Source: Terrimicrobiaceae bacterium (GTDB taxonomy: Bacteria > Verrucomicrobiota > Verrucomicrobiia > Chthoniobacterales > Terrimicrobiaceae). From it: a DNA stretch of 24,785 nt. The stretch spans positions 1-24,785 of the forward strand of contig JBGSVZ010000107.1 in NCBI GenBank assembly GCA_041752695.1. The letters are read 5' to 3'. Shown piece by piece: positions 1 to 5,495 of the stretch. Below the pieces are notes generated by a model, which was not told the DNA's origin, made no database searches, and was given only the letters and a program-made list of their open reading frames with translations. The position numbers were made by a program, and so were the translations under genes. Position 1 is the first letter of the stretch. Each line of letters begins with the position of its first letter.

Positions 1-21
1 ATGCACCATTTCTTGTTCGGC
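1..21 (-). repeat. attC site (truncated by window edge), R'' = GCCGAAC
   Basis: Plus strand gttcggc at 15-21, 6 nt beyond the stop of ORF 28..408, the same placement as in the other cassettes. Confidence 0.6.
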
Positions 22-27
22 TTTGTT

Positions 28-408
28 TCATTTAATAATAGGAGCCGCATTGAGAATCGTAGCCGAAATGAGAAATCCGACCAAAAGCGATGCATATTCT
101 TGCTTCCTGGACTGACCAGTTCGGAAGACGAACGCTGAAAATATCAGCGATGCAATGGCGGCAAAGCAATACGACCACGCAGAGTAATATCCACCAATCG
201 GGCGGTGAACAAAAATTGGTGCTGTAGCTAGCGAGGGGATTATCCATCCGAGATAAAAGGAGAAAATTCCGAAAAAGAGGAATGCTGGCATGACCTCAAA
301 TCGATACAGCGTGAAAATGAAGAACATTAAGAATGTTGCAGAAATCGCTGGAGCGAACCACGAAATCACGCTCAATGGTCTGCCAACGAGTTCGGCGAGA
401 AAGAGCAT
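28..408 (-). CDS. Cassette 8: hypothetical membrane protein (about 4 TM segments)
   Basis: 126 aa hydrophobic ORF filling the space between two attC sites; A-rich leader AAAATAT-ATG. Confidence 0.8.
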   Translation of the reverse strand: MLFLAELVGRPLSVISWFAPAISATFLMFFIFTLYRFEVMPAFLFFGIFSFYLGWIIPSLATAPIFVHRPIGGYYSAWSYCFAAIASLIFSAFVFRTGQSRKQEYASLLVGFLISATILNAAPIIK

Positions 409-415
409 ATATTTT

Positions 416-530
416 TATCAACCTCCGCGATCACCAGCAACCGCTTGCTTCTGGCGCGACTTCTTGCGTAAGCAAGAATCGTGACAGAAGTCCCGAAGGG
501 ACGGCTGTTTGGTGCATCGCTCTGTTCGCA
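416..530 (-). repeat. attC site (115 bp), branched family shared with 1846-1959 and 2257-2382
   Basis: R'' TGCGAAC (530-524), R' GTTGATA (422-416). Plus-strand stem cgatcaccagcaaccg/cggctgtttggtgcatcg with extrahelical bases. Confidence 0.85.
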
Positions 531-531
531 T
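418..531 (-). other. Putative attC-spanning relay ORF (37 aa, MRTERCTKQP...GDRGG)
   Basis: Hand translation: ATG 1 nt after the cassette 7 stop; TGA 9 nt before the cassette 8 ATG. Confidence 0.4.
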
Positions 532-532
532 T

Positions 533-871
533 TTAATTTCTGGAAAGTGGGCTGCCTCCATCGTCTCTCCAATATTGCATCAGATCCTTCCATGGACTGA
601 GAAGCGTCCGCTCGGCATCCCCTCCGTCAATATCTCTGCCTCTTGCAAGTAGCCAATAGTAAATCTGCATCCGCTTCATCTGGCTCTGCCTCAATAAATC
701 ACCTGAGAGGGATGACTCCTGACGGTCGAGCAAACGATACTCTTCAATCTTCTTATTCATGTAGTCTGAAGAGGTGGATGTTGCGTAAATCTGGCGAATG
801 ATTCCTGGTCCGAGGACGAAAAGCAGTAATACCACAGCGAATGGAGCAGCTATGGCAAAAAGGCGCTTCAT
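533..871 (-). CDS. Cassette 7: hypothetical protein with N-terminal signal/TM anchor
   Basis: 112 aa, MKRLFAIAAPFAVVLLLFVLG N-terminus; bounded by attC sites. Confidence 0.82.
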   Translation of the reverse strand: MKRLFAIAAPFAVVLLLFVLGPGIIRQIYATSTSSDYMNKKIEEYRLLDRQESSLSGDLLRQSQMKRMQIYYWLLARGRDIDGGDAERTLLSPWKDLMQYWRDDGGSPLSRN

Positions 872-996
872 ATAATCTGCGAACGTCCCCAGTGAGCTGC
901 CCCGGAAAGCGGGCGCGCCTCGTGCTTTAGCACGAGAAGTGCCGGCTTGTAGGGGTTAGCTCGACTGGCCGGTTCGAAATTTTTCTCTATCGCCAT
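868..996 (-). other. Putative attC-spanning relay ORF (42 aa, MAIEKNF...HWGRSQII)
   Basis: ATG lies within the last codons of cassette 6; TGA overlaps the cassette 7 ATG (ATGA). Confidence 0.4.
878..978 (-). repeat. attC site (101 bp)
   Basis: R'' TTCGAAC (978-972), R' GTTCGCA (884-878). Plus-strand stem cagtgagct/agctcGactg with extrahelical G; internal hairpin ctcgtgc-ttta-gcacgag. Confidence 0.87.
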
Positions 997-1340
997 AGAT
1001 AGGACGCTCCAATCAGGAGGGCAGAAAGCAGGATACCAATCAGACTCAATAACACGCCTCGGTGGTAGAGAACGCGAGCATGCTCGGGCAGAGCGCTTGG
1101 TCCAATGCTGAAATACATCCCCTTCCGATAGAGGGGCAGCTTCGCAACGAAGATGAGGGCGGCTCCAGCGACGGAAACAAAAAATGCTCCGGCATATGCG
1201 ACAATCCATGCAGTGCCCTGCAGGCCAAATAGCCATGAAGAGAGGAGACCAATAGCCGCGAATGGCAGATACGATTGGATAAGCAGGTCTACCACAATGA
1301 ACTTCCTTAAGGACCCAAGGTGACGATCTCGATGAATCAT
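987..1340 (-). CDS. Cassette 6: hypothetical membrane protein (about 3 TM)
   Basis: 117 aa from the ATG at 1340 (MIHRDRH...), 6 nt after the GTTCGAA box. The longer 203 aa call runs through an attC. Confidence 0.8.
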   Translation of the reverse strand: MIHRDRHLGSLRKFIVVDLLIQSYLPFAAIGLLSSWLFGLQGTAWIVAYAGAFFVSVAGAALIFVAKLPLYRKGMYFSIGPSALPEHARVLYHRGVLLSLIGILLSALLIGASYLWR

Positions 1341-1537
1341 ATCCTTTTCGAACGTCCCCGATGACTTGCCACGGGCGGCACGGCGGTTGCCATCAAAGCG
1401 GCGGGAGTGAAGGCACGCAGGCTGCTCTTCGTCTTCGCAGCCTCTGTGCCTGAACGGGTAGCGGCATCCGTGCTCACCACCGAAAGTGCGGCATTGCCCG
1501 GGGTTAAGTCCATCGGTCTGTTCGCATTTTTGTTCAT
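1337..1537 (-). other. Putative attC-spanning relay ORF (66 aa, MNKNANRPMDLTPG...HRGRSKRI)
   Basis: ATG overlaps the cassette 5 stop (ATGA) and TGA overlaps the cassette 6 start (ATGA). Confidence 0.45.
1347..1526 (-). repeat. attC site (180 bp), near-identical to 3189-3368
   Basis: R'' TGCGAAC, R' GTTCGAA; stem cgatgactt/aagtcCatcg; 11 differences in 180 bp from the second copy (hand count). Confidence 0.87.
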
Positions 1538-1839
1538 TTGCAAAAGAGCCGCGATCCGAGCTCCTCGCTGGGTTCTTCTCTTCCGGCAAGGAAATCATCT
1601 GTGATTTGGTTCCAATACTCTAGCGTCTCATGAATCGGAGCGATTTCCTTAATCATTCCTTGTGTGGCAAGCGTGGCAAATTCTTCAGATATCCTGAAAC
1701 GGGTCCATTCTACCGTCCTCAAATCGTCAGGCATGAAGTCCAAGGTGCAGAAGATGGAATATGCCAATTGCCTCGCATCCGCCTGCGTCATCGCCCCACC
1801 AAACCGGGCCGTAACAAAATCAGTGAGAATTGAGCGCAT
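1534..1839 (-). CDS. Cassette 5: hypothetical soluble acidic protein
   Basis: 101 aa ORF bounded by attC sites; no recognised motif. Confidence 0.8.
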   Translation of the reverse strand: MRSILTDFVTARFGGAMTQADARQLAYSIFCTLDFMPDDLRTVEWTRFRISEEFATLATQGMIKEIAPIHETLEYWNQITDDFLAGREEPSEELGSRLFCK

Positions 1840-1946
1840 TATATCCGCGAACGTCCCCGATGACCAGCTACCACTCGCTTCTGGCGCACAGCCTGCGCAA
1901 GCAGGATGTGTGACAGAAGTCCCGAAGGGATGGTAGTTTGGTCCAT
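1839..1946 (-). other. Putative attC-spanning relay ORF (35 aa, MDQTTIPSGLL...HRGRSRI)
   Basis: Hand translation: ATG in the L'' box 13 nt after the cassette 4 stop; TAA overlaps the cassette 5 ATG (TAATG). Confidence 0.45.
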
Positions 1947-1959
1947 CGGTCTGTTCGGA
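1846..1959 (-). repeat. attC site (114 bp), branched family
   Basis: R'' TCCGAAC, R' GTTCGCG; stem cgatgaccagctacca/tggtagtttggtccatcg. Confidence 0.88.
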
Positions 1960-2250
1960 TTATTTTTTTTCGCATCCACAAATGGTGTCAATCCAACCAA
2001 GTGAATATCCGATTCCTTTCAAAAATCGATGCTTTCTAAAATAGGCATACACCCGGTCGTGAAGCATCCTCAGTCGCTCAGCATCAATCTCCTTCTTATT
2101 GGCTTCACTGATAATCTCACGGAATAGATCCATCAGTGGCGGCGCCCAATCTAAGCCATCGCGTTCCCAGGAGGCGTCAAATTCTGCGATCAAACTCTCA
2201 AGCTCCTTGAGGGCTTCTTCGCGGGACAACTTTTGGAATGCGGAAGTCAT
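1960..2250 (-). CDS. Cassette 4: hypothetical helical protein
   Basis: 96 aa from the ATG at 2250 (MTSAFQK...), 6 nt after the GTTCGGA box. Confidence 0.8.
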   Translation of the reverse strand: MTSAFQKLSREEALKELESLIAEFDASWERDGLDWAPPLMDLFREIISEANKKEIDAERLRMLHDRVYAYFRKHRFLKGIGYSLGWIDTICGCEKK

Positions 2251-2390
2251 ATTTTTTCCGAACGTCCCCGATGAGGAATCCCCGCTTGCTTCTGGCGTGC
2301 TTCCTGCCCGCGAAGCGGGATCAGCAGGAAGCATGTCAGAAGTCCCGAAGGGACGGGGATTTGCTCCATCGGCTCGTTCGGCTTTTTCAT
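2247..2390 (-). other. Putative attC-spanning relay ORF (47 aa, MKKPNEPMEQIPVPSGLL...HRGRSEKI)
   Basis: Hand translation: ATG overlaps the cassette 3 stop (ATGA) and TGA overlaps the cassette 4 start (ATGA). Confidence 0.45.
2257..2382 (-). repeat. attC site (126 bp), branched family
   Basis: R'' GCCGAAC, R' GTTCGGA; stem cgatgaggaatccccg/cggggatttgctccatcg. Confidence 0.88.
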
Positions 2391-2674
2391 TCTGTGAGCG
2401 GTGGTGGAGTGAGTTTCTGTTTGGTGGCGATATGGATGACTACCCCGGCAACAAGAACGAAAACTCCGACGATACCGATGGCGATTCCTCCCGCAGTGGA
2501 CATCAAAGTAACTCCGATATTTGATGCAAGCGATTCTGGATCAGCAACGCCCTCCTTCCCCAGGGTGTTGAAACTCCCCATCATCCCAATAATGGTTCCC
2601 AACAGTCCGAGTGCGGGTCCTCCGAGGGTCAGGATCCCGCCACCAATAAGGAACCATTTAGCAAGTGGATTCAT
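2387..2674 (-). CDS. Cassette 3: minimal MotA/TolQ/ExbB proton-channel family protein
   Basis: 95 aa; PALGLLGTIIGMMGSF...DPESLASNIGVTLMSTAGGIAIG resembles the conserved TM hairpin of ExbB/TolQ. Confidence 0.8.
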   Translation of the reverse strand: MNPLAKWFLIGGGILTLGGPALGLLGTIIGMMGSFNTLGKEGVADPESLASNIGVTLMSTAGGIAIGIVGVFVLVAGVVIHIATKQKLTPPPLTE

Positions 2675-2682
2675 ATTTTTCT

Positions 2683-2796
2683 GCCGAACGTGCGCGATGA
2701 CGTGCCCGGAACCGTTGGCACGCCGGGTGCCAGGAGCGAAGCGACCAGCACCCAAAGTGACGGCGGTGGAGGGTTACGTCGATCGCTTGGTTCGCA
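2683..2796 (-). repeat. attC site (114 bp)
   Basis: R'' TGCGAAC, R' GTTCGGC; stem cgatgacgt/acgtcGatcg with extrahelical G. Confidence 0.87.
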
Positions 2797-2798
2797 TT

Positions 2799-3158
2799 CT
2801 ATTTATATTTTAGGAGCAAGTCGAGATTAGTCCTTCCCCGGTCCGCGTCAGAGATCAGATATACGCATAGAGCCCACACCACCAAGACAGGAAAGAGACC
2901 CGCTACATAGGTCCATCCACGTGCCGTTTGGGCTGGTCGGCGTGCCACTGGCGGCAAGAGTAACATCCAAGAGTTTATCACAATGCAAACAAACAACATC
3001 GGCGCAAGCTTCACTGCATCGATCGCTGCAAGCAGCCCCTCATATCCTGAATTGGGTCGCTTGTCGGCAAGGAATGGCAAAGATATCCAAAGGAGACATC
3101 CAAGACCAAGTGGCCAAGCGACACCGCTCACTAAGTATAATTTGAACCGTTTTGCCAT
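2799..3158 (-). CDS. Cassette 2: hypothetical membrane protein (about 3 TM)
   Basis: 119 aa with three hydrophobic stretches; GGAG 8 nt upstream of the ATG. Confidence 0.78.
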   Translation of the reverse strand: MAKRFKLYLVSGVAWPLGLGCLLWISLPFLADKRPNSGYEGLLAAIDAVKLAPMLFVCIVINSWMLLLPPVARRPAQTARGWTYVAGLFPVLVVWALCVYLISDADRGRTNLDLLLKYK

Positions 3159-3163
3159 TGCGA

Positions 3164-3355
3164 CTACTCCACGGGTTGCTGATATTTTTGCGAACGTCCC
3201 CGATGACTTGCCACGGGCGGCGCGGCGGCTGCCATCAAAGCGGTGGGAGTGAAGGCGCTGAGGCTGCTCTTCGTCTTCGCAGCCTCTGTGCCTGAACGGG
3301 TAGCGGCATCCGTGCTCACCATCAAAAGTGCGGCATTGCCCGGGGTTAAGTCCAT
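3164..3355 (-). other. Putative attC-spanning relay ORF (63 aa, MDLTPG...HRGRSQKYQQPVE)
   Basis: ATG in the L'' box 14 nt after the cassette 1 stop; TAG 5 nt before the cassette 2 ATG. Confidence 0.4.
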
Positions 3356-3368
3356 CGGTCTGTTAGCT
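3189..3368 (-). repeat. attC site (180 bp), near-identical to 1347-1526
   Basis: R'' AGCTAAC (3368-3362), R' GTTCGCA (3195-3189). Confidence 0.88.
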
Positions 3369-3369
3369 T

Positions 3370-3690
3370 TTATTGTTTAAAGGATGTGAATGCCTCTCGG
3401 ACGTCGTCACGGTCAATAACTTCCACGTAACAAATCCTGTCGTCTATCAGATCGAGTACAACCATACCTTTGTCTGGCGACAACGCGAGATTCGAATGTC
3501 CTGCACCCCATGCGCCGTTTGGTTTCGGGACGGTATAGAAACTGGAGCAAAATTCATCTTCGCAACGGCATCTTTCGAAAATCTCAAGACGATTAACCTG
3601 TTCTGCTAGGTCAGCACGCTCCGTCTTCAGGATGAGTTCATGCAATTCTACCGCGAACGCGGGCAAAACGTCATTAAGAGGGCGAAACAT
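3370..3690 (-). CDS. Cassette 1: hypothetical protein with CxCxxxxC motif
   Basis: 106 aa, contains CRCEDEFCSSFYT; first cassette after the attI-like site. Confidence 0.85.
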   Translation of the reverse strand: MFRPLNDVLPAFAVELHELILKTERADLAEQVNRLEIFERCRCEDEFCSSFYTVPKPNGAWGAGHSNLALSPDKGMVVLDLIDDRICYVEVIDRDDVREAFTSFKQ

Positions 3691-3697
3691 TTTTTCC

Positions 3698-3716
3698 AGC
3701 TAACGTATTGTAGCGT
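3698..3716 (-). other. Putative attI site (ACGCTAC-AATAC-G|TTAGCT)
   Basis: The GTTAGCT box is complementary to the R'' of cassette 1 but has no attC palindrome upstream. A degenerate L box sits at 5-nt spacing, as in attI simple sites; AT-rich DNA lies upstream. Confidence 0.65.
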
Positions 3717-3750
3717 TATATGTCAGTTTATTGGAAAAACATGATGTCAT
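3700..3750 (-). other. Putative attI leader ORF (16 aa, MTSCFSNKLTYNATIR)
   Basis: Hand translation; crosses G|TT as CGT TAG and stops 9 nt before the cassette 1 ATG; positionally analogous to ORF11 of class 1 attI1. Confidence 0.35.
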
Positions 3751-3778
3751 GCTATCCTGGAAAATGTGACTCTGTAAA
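3749..3778 (-). promoter_or_regulatory. Candidate cassette promoter (Pc-like) TTTACA-N18-TAGCAT
   Basis: Best sigma70-like match found by eye upstream of attI. It overlaps the leader ORF ATG, so both cannot be used on one transcript. Confidence 0.25.
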
Positions 3779-4213
3779 ATTCCGCAAGTCGTTTTTGGCC
3801 AACTTGTTAGAAAATGCAACGGTTGCCTGAGTGTCTTCATTAAGGTGGCTTAACTTTTATTTCGAGCCCCCAATTTTCGGCGTGAAAATCGCGGAAAAAT
3901 GGCGGTTTTTGGTATGTTTTTTGGAGAAATAGGGGGTTGGTTAAAGTGCGCCAACGTGACGCTTACTATGCCAACGTTGGAAAACCGTGAAAGTTTTTTC
4001 CGTTTTTCTCAGATTTTTTCGGGAATGGGATGTTCGGGGCGTCCCGCCTAGGGAGTACTTGAGGTCGGGTTCCCGATGTTTTCGAGAGTTGCGAGGGAGA
4101 CAAGCTGCCGCCCTTGGTCAGGTGAGAAAACTTTTCCCCGGACCATCAGCGCGTGAGAAATGAGGCTGTTCACCCTGGGGCATGCAGCAACTCCCAAAGA
4201 ACGACATTTTTTG

Positions 4214-4290
4214 GGAAGTGGGAAGTCAGATGTGAGAGGTCGGAAGTTGGAGGTCGGAAGTCAGAGGTCGGGGGGCGAGGGGCGAGGGGC
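4214..4290. repeat. Degenerate heptamer tandem repeat (11 units, GGAAGTC/AGAGGTC/GAGGGGC)
   Basis: Direct reading: ggaagtg ggaagtc agatgtg agaggtc ggaagtt ggaggtc ggaagtc agaggtc ggggggc gaggggc gaggggc. Confidence 0.85.
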
Positions 4291-4356
4291 GATGGAGATA
4301 GACTGATCAGATCAGCCCCGCAGGGGTTCTGGAAACGGGAGGTTCCCGAGATCAAC

Positions 4357-4495
4357 CCTGCGCGGAGCGCAGCCCAGGGGGCGCTCCTCGCCGGGGGGCG
4401 AGAGCGGCAACACCGGAGGGCGGGGGCCCTCGGGGTAGCCTGCGTGGAGCGCAGCCCAAGGGGCGCTACTCGTCGGGGGGCGAGAGCGGCAACAC
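4357..4495. repeat. 57-bp palindrome-containing direct repeat x2 (4357-4413, 4439-4495)
   Basis: 53/57 identical; each copy holds ctgcgy-gga-gcgcag and ctcgyc-gggg-ggcgag hairpins. Confidence 0.85.
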
Positions 4496-4680
4496 GTGGC
4501 CAGCGGGCGCTGGCCGGATAGCAGGTCGCATTTCTTGGTTTTGGGTTCCGGGGGCCCGGAACCCTCCAGGTGGGTTAGGGTTCCAAGAATCGGAGCGCAC
4601 GCGTAGATAGCCTTTGCGCAGCAAAGCCCGGAGGGCGGTTCTTTATCGGCAACCTGGAACTCTCCATTTAAGCTTCCCAG

Positions 4681-4794
4681 GCGGCAAGGGCCTGCCGCCC
4701 TCCATTCATTGCGGCAAGAGCCTGCCGCCCTCCATTCGTAACGGCAAGGGCCTGCCGCCCTCCATTCGTAGCGGCAAGGGCCTGCCGCCCTCCA
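4681..4794. repeat. 30-bp tandem repeat x3.8 of a REP-like palindrome
   Basis: Unit gcggca-agggcc-tgccgc-cctccattcgta; no unique spacers. Confidence 0.9.
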
Positions 4795-4816
4795 CGCGCG
4801 GGGGACTTTTTTGCCC

Positions 4817-5491
4817 CTACGGGGCGGTGGGGGCGATGGCGGTGGGAGCAGCCGCCGCGGGAGGCAGAAGCACATCGATCTCTTCGACCTGACTTAGAGC
4901 GAGACGGGCCAGGGGAGAGTTTTGGTGGGTGGTCACGATTTTGCTGAAGACCTCCTTGGCTTCCGCGAGTTTGCCTTCGCGCATCAGGGTGCGGCCTTCC
5001 AATACCGCGGCGTAAGGCGCGATGTATCCCCCGTTGGCTTGCGCGACTTTTAATGCCGCCAGGGCGTCTGCAGTCTTGCCGGCCGCGCTGTAATTTTCCG
5101 CAATGCCCAACCGCGCTCCTCCCGTGAGAGGGTGCTCGGGAAATTCGGTGAGGAAACGCTGGTAGGTGGCGGTCGATTCGTCGGTGTTTCCCTGCTCGCG
5201 CTGGGATTCGGCGAGGAGAAGCATCGCGTCCGCCGCCGGCATGGTGCCGGGATATTTGGCGATCACCTCGCGCCAGGCCTCGGGGTTTTTCGCCTGCGCA
5301 AAGAAGGCTTCCGCCGCCAGCTTCACATTATGCAAACTGATCATCCACCAAATCGTTCCCACCACAGCCAGAACGGCCACGGCCGCGGCAATGAGGATGG
5401 TCTGGCGGTGTTTTTCCCAAAAAATTTCGGCGGCGAAACTTTCTTCGGTGAAAAGCCGGTCTTCGGCAGGAGGCGGGGTGTTCGACGACAT
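4817..5491 (-). CDS. Membrane-anchored tetratricopeptide repeat protein (YfgM-like)
   Basis: Start MSSNTPPP at 5491, 4 nt after the cysK stop; FWEKHR plus a single TM, then Ala-rich TPR helices (YPGT, FPEHP turns). Confidence 0.8.
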   Translation of the reverse strand: MSSNTPPPAEDRLFTEESFAAEIFWEKHRQTILIAAAVAVLAVVGTIWWMISLHNVKLAAEAFFAQAKNPEAWREVIAKYPGTMPAADAMLLLAESQREQGNTDESTATYQRFLTEFPEHPLTGGARLGIAENYSAAGKTADALAALKVAQANGGYIAPYAAVLEGRTLMREGKLAEAKEVFSKIVTTHQNSPLARLALSQVEEIDVLLPPAAAAPTAIAPTAP

Positions 5492-5495
5492 GAGG

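Larger units (their letters stand above)
1..3704 (-). mobile_element. Integron gene-cassette array (8 cassettes visible, continues beyond left edge; no integrase in window)
   Basis: Eight co-oriented 95-126 aa ORFs are separated by imperfect palindromes bounded by ...AAC / GTT... boxes. In 6 cassettes the 5' box is the exact complement of the box after its own stop (GTTAGCT/AGCTAAC, GTTCGCA/TGCGAAC twice, GTTCGGC/GCCGAAC, GTTCGGA/TCCGAAC, GTTCGAA/TTCGAAC). One more matches 6/7. This is the signature of formerly circular cassettes. Confidence 0.93.

Noticed and set aside
987..2755. Long N-terminal extensions of cassette genes (987..1598, 1960..2334, 2387..2755)
   Set aside because: They begin in or before the upstream attC; ATGs 6-8 nt after the GTT box fit cassette boundaries better
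2683..2796. Relay ORF in this attC
   Set aside because: The shared register is open but has no ATG/GTG/TTG; the nearby ATG at 2797 gives only 7 codons. Counted as the exception.
416..3368. Repeats separated by unique DNA as a CRISPR array
   Set aside because: Repeats are 101-180 bp, the intervening DNA consists of whole ORFs, and ends follow attC R-box logic; no cas genes
4085..4195. SRP (4.5S) or 6S RNA
   Set aside because: No GNRA loop with the AGCAG motif of SRP; too short and lacking recognisable 6S motifs
4681..4794. 30-bp palindromic repeats as a mini-CRISPR
   Set aside because: Units are directly tandem with no unique spacers
3705..4816. Integron integrase gene or remnant; ORFs 4153..4521, 4312..4875 and 4614..4892
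   Set aside because: No tyrosine recombinase motifs seen; these ORFs are translations of repeats
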